A DNA stretch of 63,769 nucleotides, counting the filler, from Lenisia limosa (lineage: Eukaryota > Protista > Breviatea), in the NCBI GenBank assembly GCA_001655205.1. It is 15 parts of 15 records of this genome, joined end to end, with 100 filler letters (N's around TTAATTAATTAA, not from the genome) between each part and the next. Parts side by side here need not be neighbours in the genome. Positions count along the whole stretch, not along the records: positions 41,939 to 54,901 come from LPNZ01000689.1; positions 55,002 to 56,737 come from LPNZ01000599.1; positions 56,838 to 58,988 come from LPNZ01002993.1; positions 59,089 to 62,036 come from LPNZ01005801.1; 11 more parts are not named here. One strand, given 5' to 3'. Under the pieces are notes generated by a model. The model saw nothing but the letters and a program-made list of their open reading frames with translations. It had not been told where the DNA came from and ran no database searches. Position numbers and translations under genes: made by a program. Of the stretch, positions 49,952 through 61,818 are shown one piece after another. The first letter of the stretch is position 1. Each line of letters opens with the position of its first letter.

Positions 49952-52900
49952 TTAAGCCATCAATCCGTCGAAGCGACCTCCTCTCCCAGTTCCTTTTACT
50001 CGCTCATTTCCTCTTCCCCTTTCACTTCCTCTTCCCCTTTCACTTCCTCTTCCCCACCCATTTCCTCTTCCAATTCCTCTTCCCTGTTCACTTTCTTTTC
50101 CCTGCCCACTTCCTCTCCCTCTTCCAGTTACACTTCTACTCTCATTTCCTCTTTCTCTCCAATTGCCATTGCCCCGAGACCCTTCGTAGTAGTTGGGCAT
50201 AAGGTTCAGTCTAAACGCGTCCGACGCGGCTCTTTCTTCATCAGTCATATTCACTGCAAATGTGAGTTGTGGGTTGGGCACAAAACTGTGAAATCAATTT
50301 TTCTGATAGAGATGTCCCACTTCAAATTACCAACCTAATGTCTGCATTAAATAGGAGTATCAGAAAGATAGAAGCTTACTGATAATTGTTCTGATATTTG
50401 CAGCTCGCTGCTGATGATTGACAGCAGCCTTCATAAGGGTGCTGTCGCAAAGTAAACATGATAGAAATATTGTGGGTGTGTGAGGAGAAAGATAAACCAA
50501 GAGGATAATGAAGAAATAATAAATGTATAATTACTGGTGTGAATGCGTATTGGTCAAATAGTAAACTAGGATCCGAGAGCATTCAAAGGCTACAAAAAGA
50601 AAATCATATTATGTTCATACAATCTATGGTGGGTTGGGGTGGCTTATATGATGGTTATGGGGGAGATTAAAGATGTTCTGACAAATATGCTGTGCAAAAA
50701 GTGGAACAGTCAATTGAGGTTAGCCAATTCTCAAAAGAAACTAATTATTAAAGATATCATTAGAGTCTTTATACTTAATATTTGACATAATTAATTATTA
50801 TTTATAACATTACGACTATTAGTCCCCCCCATACTGTTTGTTGATAATGTATGGAACTGGGTATTGCTAAATGGTCAGGATAAAGATGCGGAAATTGGCA
50901 ATCAATATTTGATAATCAAGTTGGGACCAAGGACAACATATTATATTAAATATCATCTAGGGAATTTGGAAATGGGAGTTTCTTGAATCAGAATCATATA
51001 AATGTGGTATATTTGAAGGGAATTCTTAGAAGAGAAACTTAGTTTTTTGTTTAACTTGTTCTCTATCACTAACCGTTTCAAGATCCTTCCTCAACTCCTG
51101 AAGTCTTTCGTTAGTTTCTGATAGTCTTATTCTGTGGAAAAAGTAAAAAGTAATGTAAAAAAATTGACTTGAAAAAGTAATAAATCTTATGACCGGAGTT
51201 TCAAAATTAGACTTGGTCAAATTATAACTTGAACAATGGTATAATTATACCATGAGCGTGAAAAGATATAACAATTTCCCTTCAGAAAAATTTTCAAGAC
51301 TTGGAGGTTTATCAGTTAACTAACCAAACTTCGAAAAGTATATCCACAAACTCTTGATGGAGAGTCTCTAAAGATCCTTCGAATTTGGCTGTGTTCAAGG
51401 GAAATTCAACATTGCTCATTACGCTGATGTTTCGGTCGAGATCGCCACGTGTAATGATCTTTGAAATTATTTACAAAACAAACAGATCATTTCGATTTCA
51501 ATTTCATTTATACCATTATAAAAACCTGACCTTCAGACCCAACAAAAAGCCCACAATACCCCCAAGAAACATGCTAACATTCCGAAAATAAAACGCAAAT
51601 CAGCTTGTCGGCAAGTATTGATGGAAATTGTATTATGTTGTCGCTTTGTACATGTACATGTATTTATTCGTTTCCCTGGATATATTTAATGTCCCTATTA
51701 TGTTGCAACGAGTAGTTAACTTCCTCCCATGTTTTATATCATCTCCACCACAAGAACCAGAATGTTAGTACCGACTTCATAAATCAAAACAAAACAATGC
51801 AACACCCAGAATGCTCTCCAATATTCCCAATCCAACCTCTTTTCCGTTTTCATCTAAAAAATCATTGGTCCAGAATTCGTCAGTTTGGATATAGTCCAAA
51901 GCACCCAGTAAGATGTCCAAAAGGTGCGGAATTTCCACAAGCTGAATATTAAGTAATTGAAAGTGGCGTAATACACAGAAATAATTTAGAAGCAATTATA
52001 ATTTCAAGTTTATTATACTCGAAACTACTAATGTAATTATATTAAAGTTATACATGATGGAGTTTAGCATGACATAATGTTGGTTTTGGGATTCTGTACG
52101 TAATATTATATCTTTGAGCTATGTACACCCATAAAAATTAAGCATAAACACTTCCGAAACAGCTGAAAGCACACTTAATACCTAAACTTACATGATTTAA
52201 AACGTCCACTGGTCCTTCCCCATCGAATGGGTGGTTCACCATATTTTTGATATGTCTAGTGGTGTTAATTTGATGTAAAAACACTTTTAGATAATTGTTA
52301 AGCTGTGGGAGTGCTTTGAAGATATTAAAATGTCTGAGGTCGCCCTGGCAATTGTCTCACTTCAAATATTGCATTCAATTTCTATTATTATTCAAAAACT
52401 TATTATATTTCATTTATTCTTTTCTTCAAGATTAACATACTGGAGCAAGCCGGGAAAGAATTTTGCAGGTGGCCGTCCACCAGCTTTGCTAATCTTCTGC
52501 ACTGTCTAAAATGTCGGCGATGTTACATGAAACTTGTAATTTTAGACCATAATAGCGAAGCCGGTGCTAACAAATAAATTATAGCCCCCTCCCATTGGTA
52601 TTGATTTTCACATCTCTTATCACAACCACATATTACATATAATTACATACATATTACAGATAATTATATAACTATATATATATGATATGATATGATATAC
52701 ATTCACCAGAATCCAAGATACGATTTTGACTAACATTGAATTTGAGTTGCTTAGGCGAGTACTTCATTAGGATATATGGCCAGTTGTCATAAGCTCCCAC
52801 AATACTGAATTTGTAAAAAGACCAAGAAATAATATCAAATAGGGAAACATATTGTAAAAATAACTCCATTTCAGGTTTATAATGCAAATTATGTCAATCC

Positions 52901-53500
52901 ATTATTATAAATAGTAACAGCTCAGAATCTTAGTTGTAATCGAATATTGAGAGAATATGAAGGGAGGAAATTCTGAAGGGAATCACAAAATATCAAGTGG
53001 TCATTATACAGGGTCTCAAATCCTACCTTGCAATAGCCAATTTATTTGTTTTTCTATTGAGAAAGTCATTCATTGTGTATTTCTTCCAATGCTTTTCAGG
53101 AAAGTCATCAACCAAAACGAATTCCGGATAGTCTGTCAACTCATTGATTGTAGCCTAAATTGTAATAGGTTCAATTTAAACAAAATCAATTTAATATTTG
53201 GAAGTAGGTAGACAATTTGGATCCCTAAAGATATTGTCTCCATCACTCCAGAGTATCGAAATTATAAGTAAGAAATACGCAACAAAAAATGAGGGAATCA
53301 GGTTGAACGGAACTAGTCTTCTCCACGAAGCGTTAGTTTCAGTATTAAACAAGTTCCATAATTGACATTGTACGCACATATCCAGCAGTCTATGAAAGAG
53401 GTACTCACATGTACATACCTTGACAATGAAAAGCATTATAGTTGTTTTGATCATTTGATCGTCTTTGTAGATTTGATTCCAATCCGCTGTGAGAATTAAT
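49952..53500 (-). pseudogene. spliced, partly decayed gene with an RG/RGG-rich C-terminus; possibly transposase-related
   Basis: Exons ATINELTDYPEFVLVDDFPEKHWKKYTMNDFLNRKTNKLAIA|SIVGAYDNWPYILMK..., HIKNMVNHPFDGEGPVDVLNH, LVEIPHLLDILLGALDYIQTDEFW, TLMKAAVNHQQRAANIRTII|MNMTDEERAASDAFRLNLMPNYYEGSRG...(GRG)n; at least one frameshift near 51320. Confidence 0.45.
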
Positions 53501-54149
53501 AGAATGCTAGAGGCGTATACTATAAATGGAAATTTGACAACTATAAAGGAACCGAAAGAAAAGTTGTGAAAATTATCCCAATGTTACAAAGTCAGGTTGC
53601 AAGTAGGTTTGTTTGTTTCTGTGTTGGATCCTTGATCTTTCACTCAGAGAACCCACCTACCGATTTTGTCAGACTTCCAGTTGACAGGGTTCTAGAGTGT
53701 AAGTGCTTGAGTTATTCAACTTGTGCTCTAAGTTGGACAATGAATTTGAAATGAACCATAATACTCAAACTCTAGAGATAGTTTTTGGTACAATATTCTG
53801 GTCCGAATCAGACTCCTTAAAAAATGCGAGGATCCGGATCTGGTTTTGGTATCTACTCGGATCCTATATCGGATCCTGAACGATCCGAAGAGATAAGGGT
53901 AAGATCAGACTAACTATATGACAATTTTATTTTGATAAAAAATCAATAAAAATTTGAACAATATAGGTGGAGGCACATGTGTTTGGGCACCCACATGAGT
54001 GTGGGCACTTTTTCATTCTTTTATTTTTTCCAAAAGGGGGAGCAGCAACGATTTATCTTAAAGCAATTATCAAAAAAACCACCTTTTTGAAAAATAATAA
54101 TAAGAAGTGTATTCATACAGATATAAAACATAACATAGAGAGGGTAAAA

Positions 54150-54870
54150 ACACAAAAACTAGCGTTTGCGAGAGCGAAGAATTGTTTTTGTCTTCGTCTT
54201 CATGACTTTCCCAAGCTGTTCTTTGATTCAAAAGTAGTGAATAAGTTGAAAAAAATGAGAACTTACCTTTTTTCTAACATTTCTTTTTTCTTTTCTTCAG
54301 CCAAAACTTCAGACCAATGTTTAGGAGACATAGGAGCAATTGATTTTCGTGGTTTTCTACCAACTTCATAAGCCATTTGAACTTTCTTTCCGACCAGTGG
54401 ATTACCGATTGTCCCGATAAACTGCCACTGCCTTTAAAGCTTCTGCAGTTTCTTCCTTTGTGAGATCTTCATTTTTGGCAAGACTAATCAAGAGTCTGTC
54501 TGAATTCGGGAGAGCTTCTACCAATCGCCAAGGGTCAATTGTAATTGTTGGCTCATCGCCTTCACTGACACAAATACTTGATTATTTCAAAAGCTTCCTT
54601 CACTTTCTTCTTGGTTGTGGCAATAGAGAGAGCTTCCGTACAGGCTTCAACTTTCTGGCATCACTTTCTTCATGGAAGCATTATAGAAGCGATGTAGGAT
54701 GGTCTTCACGACACCAAATGTCACCAAATCCAGTGCCTGGGTACACTGCGAAGTGTGTGATGGGAGCAGGTTAAGGCTAAGGAGGTACTCAAGCGCATGA
54801 TAAGCATATCGAGAACTGTGACCGTCAACAAGGAAAAATGCCCACTTTTGGCACAACATACTGAAATACG
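54150..54870 (-). mobile_element. pogo/Tigger/Fot1-family (DDE_1) transposase remnant, cut by the scaffold end
   Basis: FFLVDGHSSRY...LLPSHTSQCTQALDLVTFGVVKTIL matches the pogo DGHxSH / LPxHxxxxxQPLD motifs; frameshift before ...ATTKKKVKEAF; GTAAGT intron near 54265. Confidence 0.85.
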
Positions 54871-56989
54871 TATTCTGTCCAAGTTGTACAATTCTAAATT
54901 GNNNNNNNNNNNNNNNNNNNNNNNNNNNNNNNNNNNNNNNNNNNNTTAATTAATTAANNNNNNNNNNNNNNNNNNNNNNNNNNNNNNNNNNNNNNNNNNN
55001 NGGTCTGCGGTTTCAGAAAAAGGCTTTATTCGAAACTAAACTGAGTGGAACGGGCATAAACCCAAAAAAAATCATTTTTTTTAAAGATTAGTGAAGGAAT
55101 ATTTTGACTTTAAGGTCAAATTTTTTCAAAAAATAAAAAAAATTTTTGTCTTGCAAGATCCTTCTGTGGTTTCCACCACTTTTTGAGAGAATTCAACTTC
55201 ATGATTGTCTAAAAACCGGAATTGGCAAAAAAACCGGAATTTTGAACGGACGCATATGATATAATATGTAATATATCCTTCTATCTATAGATATGATAGG
55301 TATCTACATATTATATCATACTTTCTCATATAAAATAAGGTGGGCGGGGGGTATGAAAGCGGTTGGGTCATAGGGATGCCAAACAATCCAAGTCGGAAAC
55401 AGTTTTTTCCCGCCGTGTTAAATATAAATAGTGACCGATATATCTTTTTGCATGGAAATCGGATTTTAAATCTTTTTATGACCCTAAATTATGATTCCAG
55501 AGGACATTTTTTTTACAATAATTTAGTGAATGGATTAAGAAAAATGTGTCTTTTTGGGAGTATTTAAGTGAAAACCCTGAATTTTGTGAATGGTAATGTA
55601 GAACATCTGATTGCACAGCCTGGCTTATACTGAATTGAAATGACGTCAATTTACTTCTCTTTATTTTTCACCATTGTTTTACATTATTGTGAAATAGGGA
55701 ACTCATGTGATGAAAAAACCCCAATTTTTGCGGTTTTAATCATACAATAGAATATAAGATATGCCATATTCCCAATAAACGCTACTTTAAAAGAATTCTA
55801 CATAATGTAACTAATATTTATAGTTATTATTTTTTTCCTTTTTCTACTTTCTAAAGTTAAGAGATGGGTTTCTTCATTGGATCCTTTTACTGCTGAATCC
55901 TGGAAACTTGCAGTCGAAGACTGCTTCTTAGAGGCTGATTAAGCTTTCTTAAAAGAAATATCAGTTTTCAAAAAGTTTTGGGGTAATCAGTTTCTTCCTG
56001 ATCTGTCGAAGGTGTGCTTCCTCTCAATAGTATAGTAATACTCCGCTATGAATACCCTCAAAACCCTTTGAAATTTGGTCACACCACTAGAGAATGTGGT
56101 CCTGTATACCCTTGTATTTTTGGAGGTTACACCCAATGTACACCCTCAAACAATGATTAAAAGCTTCTTGAGACTCGTGGAGAGGGAAAAAACGTGACAG
56201 TTCGGGTAAATGTTTGGAGGGTCTTTATTGGTCTTTGGTACAAAACAAAACTCAGGAAAACAAAAGTGGGGTACTAAGCTAGCAAATGGGCAAGAAAAAT
56301 TCAGTTCAGCTCACCCTTTTCTCCAATTTTTTTTTTTTCCAGAGCCCCTCTTTTGCAGTTTAGATTTGCGATTAGTATTTTTTTAAGACTATTCTAGAAA
56401 ATTCTAAAAACAATCAATTTTGGTAAAAAAAAATGCTTTCCCAGTGTTAATTATTGAAAATTGTGTAAAAATGAGTTAAATCGCATCTAATTGCGGATTT
56501 TTGGATGATTTTTAAAAGCGTTCGCGTTCTTGTGAGTGCGTTCATGTATGGTCACCTATATGACATTCCGATGACGCAGGAATATGGCATGGGTGCATTG
56601 TCGAGGTTGGCTTAAGGAGGTTCCGAGGGACGAACGACGAGTGAGAGTCGAGGAACCTCCGCAAAACAACAAAACTGCCCCTTGCCGAGGGAATATGAGC
56701 AATCACCATATACTAAACTTTTCCAACATCATAATCANNNNNNNNNNNNNNNNNNNNNNNNNNNNNNNNNNNNNNNNNNNNTTAATTAATTAANNNNNNN
56801 NNNNNNNNNNNNNNNNNNNNNNNNNNNNNNNNNNNNNTCTTAAAGTGTTTCTCATGCTCACGAATGGCTCCTGGGGGGGGGGGAAAGGGGGGGGATAAGG
56901 AATCGAGTAGGAAAGAACATCAAAACAATAGACGGGGAGAGGGAGGGGGCGTAAAATTCTGCCAAAATGATAAAAATTACCACTCTAAT

Positions 56990-57580
56990 CCCTTTGCCTA
57001 CCAATGGTTTGCTCCTGGGTGTAGCACTTTCTGCAAACTTTATGCAATGATCCAAGATCATCAGGTTCGCCCTGCATCGTAACGGGGATACAAAGACACC
57101 GTAAAAGGAAACTGGCCAAAGAAACAAGCTCGCTATACAATTCCTTTTAAAATTCCGCCTTGCGTTTCTTTTCCAGTCCCAATCCGCATACTCTTGAGTT
57201 TAGTTTCCGCTCGTAGCCTCGGCATGTTTGACAAAACACCATTCCACATCTAAAGAATGTGAGATGAACATACTGAAGCCCTGTGCATCAACCTCAAAAA
57301 GACAAACAATCCCTCTTTAAATTGCACTCAATATGATGTTGTGCAGCTTATAAATCACTTATTACCTGTAGCAGTTCTTTTTCATGGACGACTTTGATAG
57401 TTTCTTTTCACAAAGGTAGCAGTTTGCTGGAATATGAGTGAGGCTGTTTATCATAGAGTGCCCTTTGTAATTTCACTCATTTCCACCTACTGAAGTCAGA
57501 GAGGGTTCGGAAGTGACCAGTATCAAAGTCAGTGTCTTGTTCGGTCTCAGGGCTTTCTGGGGCAAGATTTTGAGATGCAT
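56990..57580 (-). CDS. FYVE-type zinc-finger protein fragment (atypical)
   Basis: Spliced NCYLCEKKLSKSSMKKNCYR|CGMVFCQTCRGYERKLNSR|GEPDDLGSLHKVCRKCY: eight Cys in FYVE spacing. Confidence 0.75.
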
Positions 57581-57944
57581 GTTTCTTTCTAAACATTTTA
57601 AATTTACTGTAACTCAATAATTTAGCAGCAAAAGATCATTTAGAAACTTTTTTCGATTCATTTAAATACTTTTTCCGGTGGCGCATGTCTTTATAAAGCC
57701 CAATTTGTTAATTCAAAGCCTTTCTGCTTCTCCTTGCTGTACACTGTTTGTTTTTCATTCCGTGTTTATAGTTTGGTTAAGTAAGAGCATTTATTGTTTT
57801 ATTTATTGTGAGTACAATGGCAATTTCCACTGGTGACCCTCTTTTGCACAGGTTGGTCGATATTTGATAACAATATGCTCTTTTGTTGTTTGAGAACTTA
57901 ACTAATCGATCTTTAGCATTCAGTCTTCACTTAAGGAGAATCAT

Positions 57945-58915
57945 ATGCTCACTAGGACTCGCAGCAAACAGCGTCGCCTGAATTTGGTAAGCCTACACTC
58001 TGATTCATTAAATATAAAGAGGTAGCTTCATAAAAACTCTTTATGTTGCATTATTCAGGCGAGTTGCTCAACTCAAGGTGAACTTTGTCATTCCCTTGGG
58101 CTACTTATGTTCCATTATATTGAATTGTCCTGTTCTGACGGTTTCAGGTCAAGAAGCAACCCTCTGATCTTCCCGCCAAAAAGTGTTCTCCCTCGCGAAC
58201 AGCCGCTTTAGCTGGTCTTTCACCCTCTCTTTACGATGATGTGTCCCAAAATAGCCACCTCTACCCCAAAATCGACAACACGCAGCTACCCGCCAAAAGC
58301 ATTGAGATCTCAATTCAAGGAGCTGAAGACCTTACAGGCACCAATCCCTGCGTTACTGGCTTTGAAGATGATGTTGATTCTTCCTGGTCTGATGCAAGTG
58401 ATCCTGAGCCTCTTCAAGAGCAAGTTACCAGTGGTTACTCTGTATTCAAGGTTTGTTTTGGCATTTATCCTGAATAATTGTTTGATTTGGCTCTATTAAG
58501 GTTTATTGAGGGGGGTGAGACTGAGATTGGGACAGCTTCCTTTGAGCTCAAGTTTGGCGCTCTTTTCTCTTTGGCCTCTCTCTTCTCCTCTTCGTCATTA
58601 CTTTCCCACTTTTTATTGGTGTCAACATCATATCTCCTTAAGTAGCCCCATTTACACAGTTTCCTCACATCTTACAGACTCCCACCAAGGTTCATAAGTG
58701 CGCGCTTTTTGCTGCTAGTCAGGTTCCGGTTTGCGGGGAGGCTTTTCCTTTTTTTTTGTTGTATTATTGTCACTTCTGCTCTTCTGTTACATCATCGTTT
58801 GATTGCCATGTTCTTTCAGCTTCGTTTTGTTCTAACATTCTTTAGATACAGTCCATCCCCATCATCAACATTCACCGTGACATGAGAGTACACCAAAGCC
58901 ATTGGGTCAACCAGG
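57945..58915 (+). CDS. 5' part of a multi-exon gene, unknown product
   Basis: MLTRTRSKQRRLNL|VKKQPSDLPAKKCSPSRTAALA...EDDVDSSWSDASDPEPLQEQVTSGYSVFK and IQSIPIINIHRDMRVHQSHWVNQ, with canonical splice sites. Confidence 0.55.
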
Positions 58916-59212
58916 TGAGCATGCTGGGAAATAACATCGTTCATGGCTTTTTTCAATAATAATTGTCAGTTTTGTTGTTATTAACCCTNNNNNNNNNNNN
59001 NNNNNNNNNNNNNNNNNNNNNNNNNNNNNNNNTTAATTAATTAANNNNNNNNNNNNNNNNNNNNNNNNNNNNNNNNNNNNNNNNNNNNTACCACGTTCCA
59101 TAAGCTCTCGCCCACAAGACAAAGATGTGCTCATATTTCTCAAGTGAGTTTTCGGTATTTCTCGGATTGAATCGAAATAACAATCTTGATGACTCATCAT
59201 ATGAGAGACACC

Positions 59213-59312
59213 TAGGGCTTCACTTCGGTTCGAAAATATACTGAAACTCTCGATAAATCCTCAAAAACTATAGATATTTTACTGGATTTTTCCAAACCCA
59301 AGTGAAGCACTA
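59213..59312. mobile_element. MITE family A1, full length
   Basis: TAGGGCTTCACTTCGGTTCGAAAA...AAACCCAAGTGAAGCACTA. Confidence 0.85.
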
Positions 59313-60921
59313 GAGACAACCAACAATTATGTAAGGCTTTCGGTCAAAAAGAGATGAAAAAAATCGATTACAAGCATCCAAGTGAAGTTCTTATCATAGG
59401 CGATATGCTTTTTTTTATATTTGGAAATGAGAAACACCAACACATGCAATGGCAGAAGCATAAAAATGAATTAATGAAGAGCAGAGAGATTTAGGTTATT
59501 ATCATAACAAAAACAAACAAAAAAAAAACGCTGATATTATTTATAAGCGAGAAACTCCTTGGGGTGCAATTTCAAATGCTTTTTAAAAAAAATACGGCTA
59601 TTAATAACTCCCAACTTCATTTTGTTATTTTGATTATAAAAGTTCGCAAGTATCGGTAGATGCACTTTAAAAACACATATTTTTTATATGACCCAAGATT
59701 GTTTGTAATACAAACACACAAATATGGAACTTTGGAAAACAGAAGATAAATACATGCAACATAAAAATACTCACATTAATGTTCATTTCTAAGGTACACC
59801 ATTTTGCTGTTGTTGCTTTTCTCTTTTTCTCGCTCTTCACCGGGTCAAATTATCTCAATTTCAATTCATGTTTCTTATGTTCACTTATGTGAGCTTGACT
59901 TCAGGCTTTTTTTATTATTAATTTTTTTTTATTCCACTTCCCAAGGAAAGTTTCTGAAAATAATCTCCTATTTGTAGCTATGCTGAGTTTTTTATAAGGC
60001 ATCACTCACTTTCTTCAGGTATATATGGCAAAGACATCCGGAAATCCGCATCTCCAACTCAGCAATAGCATTTCTGTGTCAAAATATCTACTCTTCTAAT
60101 TGGTCATTATTTGCGGAAAATTAATTATCATCTTGTAAGTAGGAAAACAACGGTCCAGAGTTGGGGAGAAAATCTTGGAATAACCTCAACACCAGAAAGC
60201 CTCCAAATAAAACTTGCACAAAGTTTAGGGACATTTTTTTTTAAAAAATAAAATTGCATAACCTCTACATGAATGGTGANNNNNNNNNNNNNNNNNNNNN
60301 NNNNNNNNNNNNNNNNNNNNNNNNNNNNNNNNNNNNNNNNNNNNNNNNNNNNNNNNNNNNNNNNNNNNNNNNNNNNNNNNNNNNNNNNNNNNNNNNNNNN
60401 NNNNNNNNNNNNNNNNNNNNNNNNNNNNNNNNNNNNNNNNNNNNNNNNNNNNNNNNNNNNNNNNNNNNNNNNNNNTTTTTTGTGCTCTCATTCTTTCCTC
60501 TTATCTGAAAAAGTCACCAAATACTTGAACTTATTGAGAAATGTAATTCTGTTTTTTTCTTTTTTTCTTCTAAGAATGAAGTGATATAATTTACCCACCC
60601 ACACGCCCACCCTCTACTCCAGGATTTTAGATAGTATGCCTACCCCATGATTGGTCATTTAATAATACGATTTTTTCCTAACATCTTCCAATTACAAGAA
60701 TCGATTAAACACGTGAAAAAAGAAGTAATTTTGTATTTTCAAGAAAGATTCCATTTTTGGTCTTTTTTCAGATTTCAGAATTTGAACTAATAAGGTCCCT
60801 GACGACCACCTGGAGAGGTAAGTAAATGAAGCGGAAGGTAAAAAACCAGTCAATTTTCGGGGTTTCCACGAGATTTCAATGAGTTTTGAGTTGATTTTGC
60901 CCCTGGAGATCCCCTAATACC

Positions 60922-61010
60922 TTGGGATTCACTTCGGTTCGAAAAAGACCGTCGATAGTTTTCGAAGATTTTCGAGAATCCAGTCTTTTTTTGAACCGAA
61001 GTGAAGCCTT
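60922..61010. mobile_element. MITE family A1
   Basis: TTGGGATTCACTTCGGTTCGAAAA...TTGAACCGAAGTGAAGCCTT. Confidence 0.85.
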
Positions 61011-61166
61011 GCTAATACCCACCCAATCCCCTCAATATCCCACAAATCCCCCCCCCCNNNNNNNNNNNNNNNNNNNNNNNNNNNNNNNNNNNNNNNNNNN
61101 NNNNNNNNNNNNNNNNNNNNNNNNNNNNNNNNNNNNNNNNNNNNNNNNNNNNNNNNNNNNNNNNNG

Positions 61167-61651
61167 GCCGCGGGCGTTAGCGGCACGTGCAGGGTTCATC
61201 TGGGCGTTGCGCGGGACTACGCCGGCTCGCTTGAGGCCGATGAGGGGGTCATCGCGCTCTTCTTGCTGGAGGTGGGGGGTGAAAAGAGGGCTATTTCGAT
61301 GAAGAATATTGGCTTGAAGGTACTACTCCCTGCTTACGCTAATGTTGAAGAGGGGAGTGAGAAGCTTTTCAGCAGCATCAAGAGCCCACTGAGAAACGCC
61401 TGTGGGAGGTGAGCAAAAGAAAAATCCAAATGGCATGAATATATATAATAATAATACACAGAAGAAAACTAAAAATAATAATACTACTATCATCGTATCC
61501 AAAGGGCGTGGGCAAAATAAGATACAATTCAAAAAAAAAGACAAAATGGGGAGAGGAGCTCCGAAGGGCTTACTCTCGGGGCCTCCGAAGCTGACAAGAA
61601 CGTGGAGATTGTCACGAAGATGGGCGTTCTTGGGGTCGTTCATATCCATGG
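61167..61651 (-). CDS. STAR/SF1-type KH-domain RNA-binding protein fragment
   Basis: SMDMNDPKNAHLRDNLHVLVSFGGPE|SVSQWALDAAEKLLTPLFNIS|QEERDDPLIGLKR matches the C-terminal half of the maxi-KH domain (HLxExLHVLI...A...LLxP) leading into QUA2. Confidence 0.7.
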
Positions 61652-61717
61652 ACTGGACGAGTGAGATGATGGGAAAATGGCTTTGAGGAAATGAGGGGGT
61701 ATCTGATCATATGTTAT

Positions 61718-61818
61718 TAGGGCTTCCTTGCGGTCCCCAAAAAAATTGAATTTCTCGTTACACCTTCGATAAATTTCGATATTTTACCGGTCTTTTTAGG
61801 ACCGTAGGAAAGTTCTTT
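61718..61818. mobile_element. MITE family A2, full length
   Basis: TAGGGCTTCCTTGCGGTCCCC...TAGGACCGTAGGAAAG. Confidence 0.8.

Noticed and set aside
53960-54020. pogo end as the parent TIR of family B
   Set aside because: Sequence TAGGTGGAGGCACATG shares no similarity with CAGTGACCGGGATAAG.
41938-54901. Endogenous virus / Polinton or RNA-virus L gene, suggested by the AT-rich scaffold of broken ORFs
   Set aside because: No pPolB, capsid, packaging-ATPase or RdRp motifs found; the region resolves into a spliced cyclase gene, a minus-strand gene and a pogo remnant.
55850-56200. Possible coding remnants on the 55002-56737 scaffold
   Set aside because: Short, stop-interrupted, no recognisable motif and no consistent splice model.
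59213-59312. Family A as a tRNA-derived SINE or tRNA (GGTTCGAA resembles a B-box)
   Set aside because: No A-box, cloverleaf or tail; the motif is mirrored in both arms as part of a TIR.
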